The position numbers were made by a program, and so were the translations under genes. From NCBI GenBank assembly GCA_030828405.1, contig JAURCP010000003.1, positions 73,460 through 137,459 on the forward strand: DNA of 64,000 bases. Direction: 5' to 3'. This stretch comes from Thermoplasmatota archaeon. Its GTDB lineage: Archaea; Thermoplasmatota; Poseidoniia; Poseidoniales; Thalassarchaeaceae. Of the stretch, positions 1-9,519 are shown in pieces (position 1 is the stretch's first letter; each line of letters begins with the position of its first letter). The notes beneath the pieces were generated by a model that did no database searches, had not been told where the DNA came from, and saw only the letters and a program-made list of their open reading frames with translations.

Positions 1-381
1 TCACACTCTTCGGCCACGTCGGCCACCTTTTGCTTTCGTTCCATCTGTAGGGATTGGAGTCACGTCTTCAATACGTGTTATTTGAACACCTGCTCTAGTA
101 AGAGCACGAATTGCAGATGTAGCACCAGGTGCATTGTGGTTTCGATTCCCACCTGCTCCTCTATATTTTACGATTACTTGATCAAATTCTTTCTCTGCAA
201 GCATTTCTGCAATCCTCTCTGCGGCACGTGTTGAAGCAAATTGTCCTCCAGAGTCACTACCACCCTTAGTCACCATACCGCCCGAAACTTTGCAAATTGT
301 TTCTGCTCCGGTTAAATCGGTAGCAGTAATAAGAACATTGTTACTAGTACTGAAAATGTGTAAAATCGCTTTATGGCCCAT
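1..381 (-). CDS. rps11: 30S ribosomal protein S11 (uS11)
   Basis: 126-aa ORF with uS11 hallmarks (HIFSTSNNVLITATD, GGMVTKGGSDSGGQFA, basic tail GGRRGRRV). ATG overlaps the S4 stop (TAATG at 379-383). Last gene of the archaeal S13-S4-S11 order. Confidence 0.95.
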   Translation of the reverse strand: MGHKAILHIFSTSNNVLITATDLTGAETICKVSGGMVTKGGSDSGGQFASTRAAERIAEMLAEKEFDQVIVKYRGAGGNRNHNAPGATSAIRALTRAGVQITRIEDVTPIPTDGTKAKGGRRGRRV

Positions 382-1061
382 TATTTCTCCTCCTTAGGAA
401 TAGTTTCTCCAATATCCGGTGCATCTTCAGCATCCTTCTTGATTTGCTCAACGAAATCTTCAGTAGCAGCTCTAGGTCCTGCAACTTCTTCATTTTCTTC
501 ATCACTAACCATAGTCAATCTTAGTTTTTCCATTTCCACTCTGAAAGGATGATTAGGATCTTTGTAAACAGAGTTTGAAGAATAATTTAACATATCTTCT
601 TCTTCCTTCTTAATATGGTATCCAGGAACAGTCATACGTTGTTCGCCAATTGAAATGTGTCCATGAACAATCATATTTCTAGCAGCTCTCATGGATGGAG
701 CTAATCCTCTATAGTATACTACAGATTGTAATCTTCGAGATAGCATATGTTCAACATTAATTTGTAGGACATCGTCCAGACTAGCGCCTTCAACTAATAG
801 CCCTTTCCGGCATAATGAATTGATCATATCCGTTTTTTCTCTAGCAAAGTGTCCTTCAGTAGTATCCACTCTTCCAATAAGTTTCATTGCTTGGTTTCTG
901 TGACGTCTTAAAGCAGATTTTTCTCTCCAGATCTCTTTCATACCACCAATTTTCTTCAGGCCATATTTTTCTTTCAAAGCATGCTCTTCATCTATACGTG
1001 CTTGTTTCCAAGGATGAGTTGGAGTTTGTGTTTTTGATCTTGCGAATTTTGGATCTCCCAT
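381..1061 (-). CDS. rps4: 30S ribosomal protein S4 (uS4), with acidic C-terminal extension
   Basis: 226-aa ORF. N-terminus MGDPKFARSKTQTPTHPWKQARIDEE and an S4 RNA-binding domain (RLQSVVYYRGLAPSMRAARNMIVHGHISIG). Lies between S13 and S11. Confidence 0.93.
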   Translation of the reverse strand: MGDPKFARSKTQTPTHPWKQARIDEEHALKEKYGLKKIGGMKEIWREKSALRRHRNQAMKLIGRVDTTEGHFAREKTDMINSLCRKGLLVEGASLDDVLQINVEHMLSRRLQSVVYYRGLAPSMRAARNMIVHGHISIGEQRMTVPGYHIKKEEEDMLNYSSNSVYKDPNHPFRVEMEKLRLTMVSDEENEEVAGPRAATEDFVEQIKKDAEDAPDIGETIPKEEK

Positions 1062-1070
1062 TAACTCACC

Positions 1071-1535
1071 TCACTTCTTCCTCTGCACACCGAGTGCAGT
1101 ACCACTTCTACCATTACTTCTTAGTCTCTGTCCACGAACTTTGTGGCCACTTCGGTGCCTTAATCCGCGGTATGTCTTCATTCCTGCTAGACGTGATATG
1201 TCATCATCCCTCGTCATCCTAACGTCTAATGCAACCAAATGAGCATCTTCATTAGATTCTAAGTCTCTTTGCCTATTTACTAACCACCAAGGAACGTTTG
1301 TTGCGTACCCATCAATAGTTGCTCTAAGCCTATCTTGTTCGGTATCCTCAAGATGGCCTCCAAGTTTCGTACCATCGATTTCTGCTAGTCTACAAAGTTG
1401 CTGTGAAGTTCTTACTCCAATACCTTTTACAGATGTTAATCCAATAGCAATTGGTTTCAATCCATCTATGTCGCTGTCAGCCATTCTGATAATATAGGAG
1501 AAGTCATCTCCAATCTCTTGTTTTTTATTACTCAT
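1071..1535 (-). CDS. rps13: 30S ribosomal protein S13 (uS13)
   Basis: 154-aa ORF with LTSVKGIGVRTSQQLC and RGLRHRSGHKVRGQRLRSNGR motifs. GGAGG lies 9 nt upstream of the ATG. Confidence 0.95.
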   Translation of the reverse strand: MSNKKQEIGDDFSYIIRMADSDIDGLKPIAIGLTSVKGIGVRTSQQLCRLAEIDGTKLGGHLEDTEQDRLRATIDGYATNVPWWLVNRQRDLESNEDAHLVALDVRMTRDDDISRLAGMKTYRGLRHRSGHKVRGQRLRSNGRSGTALGVQRKK

Positions 1536-1554
1536 TGTACGGTCCTCCCGTGTT

Positions 1555-1568
1555 CACTGTTTCCAGTG
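1555..1568 (-). promoter_or_regulatory. Stem-loop (CACTG-GAAA-CAGTG on the minus strand) in a GC-enriched leader upstream of rps13
   Basis: Perfect 5-bp stem with a GAAA tetraloop inside the 112-nt spacer 1536-1647. A TATA-like TTTTTAAT sits further upstream on the minus strand (~1620-1630). Confidence 0.3.
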
Positions 1569-1647
1569 GCCTTTACGGCATCCTCGCGACTTACCAACCC
1601 TATTTCAACCCACCCGATAGATTAAAAATGAATTATCTTTGATAAAT

Positions 1648-2952
1648 CTAGGATTCTTTACAAATAACATATAATTTATGGCTTCCAGATCCCCGTTCTA
1701 AATCTACGTCAATCATATATGATTTCGCCCCCTCAACATCGCGCAATGCTTTGTCTAGACGTCTCTGTAATGTAGGTTGGGTTTCAGGATCTAAAGAACA
1801 TCTCAATGTAATTTTTCCAATGTTATTTCTAGACGCCGCACTAGCTATTTGATTAATATTATCTAACTCCGGAGGTGTTAATCTGTGCTGAACAATCTTG
1901 CCAGTGCTAACTACAAAGCCATTTATCTCATCATCATCATTTAGAGAATCTGTATGTATTAACAAGGGTCTTCTTCCTTCTATTCTTAACCATGAATGGC
2001 CGGTACCTTCCTTTACCGCCTTTGTTATCCATTTTTCCTGTAATCCACTTTGAATAAGTGCCGGATCAATTATAGAAATATATGCTCCAAATGGTGGAGG
2101 TTTGGACAGAGTTTCAACCTTCGAGTTCTTTTTCTTTCCCTCTATTTTAGCTATAATATTCTTTGTTCCCATTCGAATACAACGTCTCTCATCTTTTGAT
2201 GAAATCGCACCTATCCAAAGCGATAACCTGTCAACTCTTCCTCCGCCTTGACTCAACCATTCCCAAGTTTTAGGTGTCCCAGGAAAAACTGTTTCAACAA
2301 TTGCTTCTATCATTCCTTGCTGTTCTTCACCTAACCTAGGTGATAAGTCAAGGAGTACAGCAGGACCTCTGGGACCTGTTTGTAGATATTCATTCCATGA
2401 TTTGAGAACACTCATCAAAGAAGGTTTCATTTCATCAACATGATGATTTTGAGCATCCCTAGGACGAGCCGGGTCTAAATGAAGCATAGCAATAGGAGGA
2501 TGTGCTCTTATTCCTGATTTCATCAAGCTATTCCAGTACGTTGTAATCGCTCCTTCAGCATCACTACTATCTCCGATAATGACTCTATCCAGTGTTCTTT
2601 GCATTTCTTCAGCATCTGAAGCTGAGTGTATGTTCGCAGCACACAATACTGCTATGTTGCCATCTAATTCAACTCCTAAAGCAGGCCTTTTTAATTCGTT
2701 GGCCAGAGCAATTAATTGCGCTCCTGAGCCTACAGCAGCATCGAGTATCACACCAGCAGGTAAGTCAAAAGATTCTATTTGTTGAGCTCGAATCATAGAT
2801 ATTGCCCATGGCGTTGACAACCTTCTCATATCATCAGTCATATACAAAAGAGGCTCACCTTTTCTTGCAGACTTTGGACTAACTCTATTTCCTGCTTCCT
2901 TTGTAATATCTTCTGAGGGTATTAATGCGGTATGATTATTGTTTCCAGTCAT
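1648..2952 (-). CDS. Class I SAM-dependent methyltransferase (substrate unknown)
   Basis: 434-aa ORF. Rossmann motif I VILDAAVGSGAQLIALA, then an acidic GVELD strand and LHLDPARP. I do not recognise a closer family. Confidence 0.55.
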   Translation of the reverse strand: MTGNNNHTALIPSEDITKEAGNRVSPKSARKGEPLLYMTDDMRRLSTPWAISMIRAQQIESFDLPAGVILDAAVGSGAQLIALANELKRPALGVELDGNIAVLCAANIHSASDAEEMQRTLDRVIIGDSSDAEGAITTYWNSLMKSGIRAHPPIAMLHLDPARPRDAQNHHVDEMKPSLMSVLKSWNEYLQTGPRGPAVLLDLSPRLGEEQQGMIEAIVETVFPGTPKTWEWLSQGGGRVDRLSLWIGAISSKDERRCIRMGTKNIIAKIEGKKKNSKVETLSKPPPFGAYISIIDPALIQSGLQEKWITKAVKEGTGHSWLRIEGRRPLLIHTDSLNDDDEINGFVVSTGKIVQHRLTPPELDNINQIASAASRNNIGKITLRCSLDPETQPTLQRRLDKALRDVEGAKSYMIDVDLERGSGSHKLYVICKES

Positions 2953-2979
2953 TTTTTTCGCCTCTTCTTATTCAATATC

Positions 2980-3933
2980 TCAAATTATCATACGATCAAT
3001 TTTTACCTCAAATCGGAGCCAAGTATTTTCTAGTTCATGCCCTTCATTGTTCCCATAAGCAATAGGTGGAGGTAAAAGAACAGTATGTGTGGTACCTGTA
3101 TCTTGAACGAAACCCCTATCTTCTTCAATATCTAGTCCAATTACAGCCCAACCAAAGCCTTTGATATATCTCGAATCATCTCCTCCGGTAACTGGTAAAT
3201 CTCCTTCATCTAACTGTTCTCCTGTATCGGCATCCCATAAAATATAGTGAATTTGAATATTATTCCCGTCAGTGACATGAACTTGTCTTTCATTAGAACC
3301 TTTGAAAACATGCACATCTAGATTAATTGTCGAAGTTTGAAATTCTACATGTGTAGCTGTAATAGTAACATCCTTCTCTGTGATATCTTCAGTCAATGAG
3401 ATTTCAATTATTTGAGAGTCTCCTCCTTCTAATCCATTCACTAGAAGATTAGAACTTCCTTCACCTTTAAATTCCACACTTCCACCGATGATTTCTAAGA
3501 TTAAATCAATGGTAGTATTTCCTCTATTGTAGATTACAACACTAGCTCCATCTCCAATTCCTTGGTGTTCCCAATCACATCTTAATTCTCCAGGGTATAG
3601 GAATACATCATCTTGTTCAGATAGTGAATCTGGCCAATCCCAATCGTCAAGTCTTGAGTCACAAGTATCGAATAAAAGATCAATTTCCCAACTCCATCTT
3701 CCATCTTTCTGAACATCTAATTCAGAAACTGTACCTTTTGGAAATAAATCTTCTAATTCTTCTTGAAAATCTAAAGCCGCGAGAACAAGTAATAAAGAGG
3801 AAGTAATTAGCATAATTACCATGACAAATGAGAGAATCATCATTGTTCTTGGAACAGTCATTTCATTCAACCCAATGGGTATTGGAGGATGTTCAATTTC
3901 CTCCGATGTATCGGCTATCCACGACCTCGTCAC
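2980..3933 (-). CDS. Membrane-anchored extracytoplasmic protein with C-terminal FKBP-like PPIase domain
   Basis: 317-aa ORF with GTG start and an N-terminal TM anchor (MMILSFVMVIMLITSSLLLVLAAL). The last ~100 aa align by eye with the FKBP fold (IQIHYILWDADTGEQLDEG...IKGFGWAVIGL...VLLPPPIAYGN...LRFEVKI). Confidence 0.45.
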   Translation of the reverse strand: MTRSWIADTSEEIEHPPIPIGLNEMTVPRTMMILSFVMVIMLITSSLLLVLAALDFQEELEDLFPKGTVSELDVQKDGRWSWEIDLLFDTCDSRLDDWDWPDSLSEQDDVFLYPGELRCDWEHQGIGDGASVVIYNRGNTTIDLILEIIGGSVEFKGEGSSNLLVNGLEGGDSQIIEISLTEDITEKDVTITATHVEFQTSTINLDVHVFKGSNERQVHVTDGNNIQIHYILWDADTGEQLDEGDLPVTGGDDSRYIKGFGWAVIGLDIEEDRGFVQDTGTTHTVLLPPPIAYGNNEGHELENTWLRFEVKIDRMII

Positions 3934-4043
3934 AGTACTTTGTCAAGCCAGCCCATCATCAAGGTTAGCATATCACGTTAGTAACAAAATGGAAATAATT
4001 AGACAATAAAAGAGGCGCAGTAAGCCGTTTTTTTAGTATTTTT

Positions 4044-7000
4044 CTAATCTTTAATTAATTCTTCTTCGTTAGAGAGACTCAACCAAGTAACAAAACCTAA
4101 TTCTGCGGCTAAAACAATTAATGAAATCAGTAAGATTGAAGGATTTAGTATTGTACTTCCTAGTACTAATAAAGATGCAATTATTGCTATCAAAAGATCG
4201 AATAAACCCCATACTCGCAAGACTCTTCTTAACTGTAAAATTCCTACTACCCAAACGACAGTAGACATACTGATCATGATTATTGGAAGATAAATAGTTG
4301 TGAACAGCCCTGTCCATAATATTCCCGTGTATAGCATCAAATGTGCATCTATTGCCAATACCATTGTCCATATTTCTTTTTTCATTGGTACTGATAAAGC
4401 ACATAATAATAATGATAATAGCCCAATAATTAGTGTTATTTTATCTCCGAATCCATCAATACTAGGTATCATATTTGATATTGAAATTATTGGGAAAATG
4501 ATTGCAGGGACTATGAATCCTAACTCTGAAACTTGCTCATTCTTAATTGTATGAAATAGTGTTAATGTAATTGCTAACAATCCTGCTGGCCCCGTTGATA
4601 TGAATACTATTGCTATCGCTCTAATCGAATTATTCTTGGTTGCCTCTTTATGATTTTTTTGTCTTTTTATTTCCAGCCAAGATAGTAAGATAACTGAAAG
4701 AATTAGAAGGGTTTCAAGTATTGACCATGGCAATATCCATTCAACAAAGTCACCCTTAGTAGGATTTACGCTCAGAGGCGCGGGTAGTGATTCGTAAAGT
4801 ATAGCTCCAATTAGTCTCCCTATGAATATTGGAATGATAAACCAGTCAACTGCAATAGCTACCCTTTCCATTAAGTTCTTTTGATTCATTAGAGAAATGA
4901 TACATAGTAAAAATACTAATAATGCCATTATTGCCATATCAAATAATTCCAAATTACTCATTCCAGGCGATAAATGGCCTGAAACTTGAATTAATACCAC
5001 TCCACATATTGCTATTGCAATGGGCATCTCAATTCCTAGAAAATGGGGTAGATCTAATTCTAAATTTTTAGTCCGTTGTCGGGCAATTAGTATCAAGATA
5101 GAAATAAAGATTCCACTCACAAGGAGTAATAATTGATTCACTCCTCCAATAAAGGTAATAATCGATGAACTGACAATCACTAGTCCTAGAATTAATAAAA
5201 TAATTACAGGTTTGTGTGTGGCATCTGTGAGGTATAATTCTTCCAAATCATCGGTATCTCTCATTTCTCTACTTTTTTTCCTTTTATTTTTAATGTCCAA
5301 AAGCCGCGCATCGATGTTTTGAATTTTTCCCGTAGACAAATTTGCAACTTTTGACTTCTTTTGAGCTAGTACTTTCAAATTATCCCTTTTTGCGATACTC
5401 TTTATTTCTCTTCTTACTTCTCCGTTACTTACCATCCAGATTGCACTAACTGCAAATAACGCCAATGCTATCATTAATTCTGAAAAGCCCCCTTTTGTGT
5501 AAACTAGAGAAATATTGATTGTTAATAACCATAGAGAGGCTAATGAAGGATTAAGCAATTTTTCAATTTTATTTATTTTGATAAGATAACTAAAAATTAT
5601 GATTATTGTACATATTAATGATACCTTTTCAATACCTAATTGAGGAATAATGTCTGTATCGATTAGTTCATTCTGACCCCTAGAAATCAGACTTACTAAC
5701 ATTGGCAGCCCCATTAGGGTCATTCCTACTGAATAAATACCGTCTTTATTCTCTTCATTATTGTAGAATAAGAATCCTGCCGCTAAGCAATATATTATCA
5801 TCAAAATCTCTTCTAGTCCAAATTGCCATTGAACTATCAGGTAACCTATTGCAAGAGTTGTTAACATCACAGTAGAATTTCCAATTCTTTGTTTTTTCAA
5901 TTCAGAAATCAAGTGCAATAACGTAATTATTCCTAGAGTTATTAATATGGTGACTGCAGTAAAACCTCCAAAATTTGCCATGAAAGTTATAGTAATTATT
6001 GGTAGCCATAACCCGATACTCCATAATTGTAATAATCCTGAGTCTCTAATTGCTGCAGATATTTCGGTTACACCCAGAAATTTTGAGGCTATATTTACTC
6101 CATTATCGCCTAATCTATAATTTACGATTACCATCAACAAAGACGAAATCGAAAAATAACCTAAAAGCGGAAAAGGCTCTAGATGAATAATTGAACCAGG
6201 ATCAGTATTGCCATTTGCTACAATCAACGTTCTAATAGCTTCTTCGAGAATTTCTTCTATCATTATCCAAGTCCATGGGAGAATTACTGTCACTCCGCCT
6301 AAAGAGGGAGAGCTTCTCTTAATTGCCAGATATCCTGTTCCAATATGGACTAAAGATAACGCACTTAATAGTAAAGTCCCTCCATCTCCATCAATACAAT
6401 TGGAGAGACATAAACTACTTCCAGAAGATTGGTCTGCAGGAATCATTACTACCAGTAATAATAATACTCCAATAGAACCAGTCCATAATACTCTATCTGT
6501 TACAGAATTTTGGTCTCTGATCATTACAAATCCGGTTAAGAACATTCCTGTTATTGCAAAAATTTCATAAGAATCAAATGTTAGTAAATTTTCTGTTTCA
6601 TTGATTATCAAGAATATTGTCATTAATATTCCTGAAATTAACAATGGAGTCGAAACTCTCCGCGGATTTATTCCCCTCACTACTAGATAAGACCCTCCAA
6701 AGGAAGACGCTAGAATCGCAATTAATCCTAATGCATATCCTACATCTTGTCGATTAGCACCGACCGCCATCAATGCCCCGATCATTCCCAGTGATACCGA
6801 AACACCCCATAACCCAGGTTCACCCAATCCTAAAGCCTTGAATGCCTTTGAGAACCAGTTATCATCTTTAGCAAATCTTGCAGCCATGCTAGCATTAATA
6901 CCTGATATAACAATAATTAGTACAAATAATAGTAGTGGTTCATCAAATGGTAAGATTCTCAGAGAACCAATACTGAATCCTTCAGTAAGAGCATGCATAC

Positions 7001-7808
7001 CAATCCATAGATTAGTGGATGCTATACCAAGAGCCGCTAAATTCCCTGATTTCCTGTGTAAAGCTAAACTATGAACTAGAATTGTTGCGATTAGTATCAT
7101 TAACGCAATTCCAATTTCTCCAAAACTATATCCTGTTGCAGATCCTATCGCTAACAAAATCAGTGTAGATTGTGCAGCAATTGCATCATGATTGTGTCTG
7201 TAAGAAAGATATACATTAAATCCTACAAGAGCTAATAGAAGTCCACCAAGAACTTCCACAGATATTATGTCCCATCTCTGTAACTCGATTGCTAATCCAT
7301 ACAATACTTTCATTGATATTATAACCCAAGTTATTCCTAACAAATGAAGGTTCTTTTTCGGTATCCAAGTTTCTCCAAAAATAAATCCCATTGTTGCTAA
7401 GAATAACAATAATATCGTAGCAAATAATGGTTCTAGAGCAATTCCTGCTGCTACACTCACACCAGAAAATAATAGAATCATAGATGCCATTAGTGCCCAA
7501 TTGACTTTCCTTTCTCCATCTTGTGCTAAGTTAGTTGTTAAATCCGCTTCAGGCTTATTGACTACCGTCCCATCTCTTCTAATACTTCCTGGGGATTTTT
7601 CATCTAACGGTGTGAATGGATCAAAAATATCTCCCAATGCTTCATCAATTTCCTGTGTGCCTTTTTCAGGGTCTATTTCCGGTATTTCATCAGGAATTAT
7701 TATGTCTGCCAATTCTACAGAGTCACTAATCTTGAACGCACGTTCTCGAATAAGTTTATCATTCGAATCTTCGGTACTCACAGTATGTCTGAAAGGTATT
7801 GGTGACAT
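4044..7808 (-). CDS. Very large polytopic integral membrane protein, unknown function (~1254 aa, roughly 30 or more hydrophobic helices)
   Basis: Uninterrupted 1268-codon ORF. About 115 aa of acidic cytoplasmic N-terminus, then near-continuous TM segments. One Lys/Arg-rich loop lies mid-protein (KKSKVANLSTGKIQNIDARLLDIKNKRKKSREMRD). I prefer the ATG at 7808 (GGGGAT 8 nt upstream, ATATATAT about 40 nt upstream) over the ATG at 7850. Confidence 0.75.
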   Translation of the reverse strand: MSPIPFRHTVSTEDSNDKLIRERAFKISDSVELADIIIPDEIPEIDPEKGTQEIDEALGDIFDPFTPLDEKSPGSIRRDGTVVNKPEADLTTNLAQDGERKVNWALMASMILLFSGVSVAAGIALEPLFATILLLFLATMGFIFGETWIPKKNLHLLGITWVIISMKVLYGLAIELQRWDIISVEVLGGLLLALVGFNVYLSYRHNHDAIAAQSTLILLAIGSATGYSFGEIGIALMILIATILVHSLALHRKSGNLAALGIASTNLWIGMHALTEGFSIGSLRILPFDEPLLLFVLIIVISGINASMAARFAKDDNWFSKAFKALGLGEPGLWGVSVSLGMIGALMAVGANRQDVGYALGLIAILASSFGGSYLVVRGINPRRVSTPLLISGILMTIFLIINETENLLTFDSYEIFAITGMFLTGFVMIRDQNSVTDRVLWTGSIGVLLLLVVMIPADQSSGSSLCLSNCIDGDGGTLLLSALSLVHIGTGYLAIKRSSPSLGGVTVILPWTWIMIEEILEEAIRTLIVANGNTDPGSIIHLEPFPLLGYFSISSLLMVIVNYRLGDNGVNIASKFLGVTEISAAIRDSGLLQLWSIGLWLPIITITFMANFGGFTAVTILITLGIITLLHLISELKKQRIGNSTVMLTTLAIGYLIVQWQFGLEEILMIIYCLAAGFLFYNNEENKDGIYSVGMTLMGLPMLVSLISRGQNELIDTDIIPQLGIEKVSLICTIIIIFSYLIKINKIEKLLNPSLASLWLLTINISLVYTKGGFSELMIALALFAVSAIWMVSNGEVRREIKSIAKRDNLKVLAQKKSKVANLSTGKIQNIDARLLDIKNKRKKSREMRDTDDLEELYLTDATHKPVIILLILGLVIVSSSIITFIGGVNQLLLLVSGIFISILILIARQRTKNLELDLPHFLGIEMPIAIAICGVVLIQVSGHLSPGMSNLELFDMAIMALLVFLLCIISLMNQKNLMERVAIAVDWFIIPIFIGRLIGAILYESLPAPLSVNPTKGDFVEWILPWSILETLLILSVILLSWLEIKRQKNHKEATKNNSIRAIAIVFISTGPAGLLAITLTLFHTIKNEQVSELGFIVPAIIFPIISISNMIPSIDGFGDKITLIIGLLSLLLCALSVPMKKEIWTMVLAIDAHLMLYTGILWTGLFTTIYLPIIMISMSTVVWVVGILQLRRVLRVWGLFDLLIAIIASLLVLGSTILNPSILLISLIVLAAELGFVTWLSLSNEEELIKD

Positions 7809-7897
7809 AATCTCATCCCCTTTTTCATTAACTCTCAGATATATATTCATTATATCTCTACATAATGATTGAAAAGTGATTCATATTGTCAGTGCCC

Positions 7898-9514
7898 ATG
7901 GAGACGTCGTCGAAAGGCACAGGCCCATCTAAATTTGCCACTTCTTTAGCAAGTCATGGACTAGACCCCAAGGGTGCAGTACATTGGAATCTTGGTTGGG
8001 AAGAACTTCATAATATTGCAGTTGATAGAGGTGAGGCAACTAAGACCTCTCATGGAGTTCTTTTGGCAACCACTGGCGAGAGGACAGGACGCTCACCTAA
8101 TGATAGGTTCATTGTCAAAGAATCAGGATTAGCAGATGATGTCTGGTGGGGTGAGGTTAACAAATCAACATCTCCAGAAGTATTCGATAATTTACTTTCA
8201 AAGGTACAAAATCATTTAGATAACAGAGATGTTTTATTTGTAAAAGATGCTCATTGTGGTGCTGACCCAAAGTATTCTATGCCTGTACGATTAATTACCG
8301 AAAAAGCTTGGCATGCATCTTTCTTTCACAATATGTTTGTACGAAGTGATGCAAGTGAATTAGTTGATCATAAACCAGAATATACTATCCTTCATGCTCC
8401 CGAATTATTAGCAAAACCTAATGAAGACGGTACAAATTCAGGAGTTTTCGTCATTTTAGCATTAGATAGAGGACTTGTAATTATTGGGGGGACACATTAT
8501 GCAGGTGAAATTAAGAAGGCGATTTTTACTATTATGAATCATATCTTGCCTGCTAAAGGTTTACTTCCAATGCATTGTTCAGCAAATACTGACTATAAAA
8601 ATTCAGCATTATTTTTTGGCCTATCTGGCACTGGAAAAACGACACTCTCTGCAGACCCAGGAAGGGCACTAATTGGAGATGATGAGCACGGGTGGTCCGA
8701 TGATGGAGTTTTCAATTTCGAAGGAGGTTGTTATGCCAAATTAATAGGTCTCTCTAAGGAAGATGAACCTGCGATTTTTGCAACAACTAGGATGCCTGGT
8801 TCTGTATTAGAAAATGTGATTTTAGACGCAAATGGTGTCCCTGACTTTGAAGACGGCACCCTTACTCAGAATACTAGAGGTTCTTATCCAATTGAATCAA
8901 TAGATAATCGTACTCCTGATTCAATGGCAGGCCATCCTAAAGATGTGGTATTCCTAACTTGTGATGCTTTTGGAGTCTTACCTCCGCTTTCTAGGCTAAC
9001 GCCTGAACAAGCAGCTTATCACTTCATATCGGGATATACTGCTAAAGTTGCTGGAACAGAAATAGGTATAACTGAACCCCAGGCTACGTTTTCAACATGT
9101 TTTGGCGCACCATTTATGCCAAGACACCCTAGTGTTTACGCAGACCTACTTTCAACTAAAATCCGAGAACATAATGCTAATTGTTGGTTAATTAATACAG
9201 GGTGGGTTGCAGGAGGTTATGGTGAATCTAGTAGGATTCGAATTAAATGGACCAGAGCACTACTTAATGCGGCTTTAGATGGTTCACTTGATGATGTTAT
9301 TTTTATGGAAGATGAAAGATTTGGCTTTCACATACCTACATCTTGTGAAGGCGTACCCGATGAAATTCTCCAACCTAGACAAACTTGGTCTGATACAAAG
9401 AGATTTGACAATGTTGCAAATCTACTAGCACAAATGTTCATTGAAAACTTTGAGCAATATTCAGAAGGATGTAGCGAGGAAGTACTCTCTGCATCACCTA
9501 AGGTTTTAGATTAA
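7898..9514 (+). CDS. pckA: Phosphoenolpyruvate carboxykinase (ATP-dependent)
   Basis: ATP-PEPCK signatures: FFGLSGTGKTTLSAD (kinase-1a), GDDEHGW, GGCYAK. Length about 540 aa. ATG at 7898; the in-frame TTG at 7886 is an alternative start. Confidence 0.93.
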   Translation: METSSKGTGPSKFATSLASHGLDPKGAVHWNLGWEELHNIAVDRGEATKTSHGVLLATTGERTGRSPNDRFIVKESGLADDVWWGEVNKSTSPEVFDNLLSKVQNHLDNRDVLFVKDAHCGADPKYSMPVRLITEKAWHASFFHNMFVRSDASELVDHKPEYTILHAPELLAKPNEDGTNSGVFVILALDRGLVIIGGTHYAGEIKKAIFTIMNHILPAKGLLPMHCSANTDYKNSALFFGLSGTGKTTLSADPGRALIGDDEHGWSDDGVFNFEGGCYAKLIGLSKEDEPAIFATTRMPGSVLENVILDANGVPDFEDGTLTQNTRGSYPIESIDNRTPDSMAGHPKDVVFLTCDAFGVLPPLSRLTPEQAAYHFISGYTAKVAGTEIGITEPQATFSTCFGAPFMPRHPSVYADLLSTKIREHNANCWLINTGWVAGGYGESSRIRIKWTRALLNAALDGSLDDVIFMEDERFGFHIPTSCEGVPDEILQPRQTWSDTKRFDNVANLLAQMFIENFEQYSEGCSEEVLSASPKVLD

Positions 9515-9519
9515 ACAAA

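Noticed and set aside
887-1222. 111-aa plus-strand ORF across the S4/S13 junction, plus the 32512-32985 and 31186-31380 plus-strand ORFs in the cox operon
   Set aside because: They are antisense to strongly supported ribosomal and oxidase genes.
7809-7850. Upstream ATG at 7850 as the start of the large membrane protein
   Set aside because: It would leave only 35-47 nt for two divergent promoters. The ATG at 7808 has a GGGG-type SD and an upstream ATATATAT box. Kept as an alternative, not excluded.
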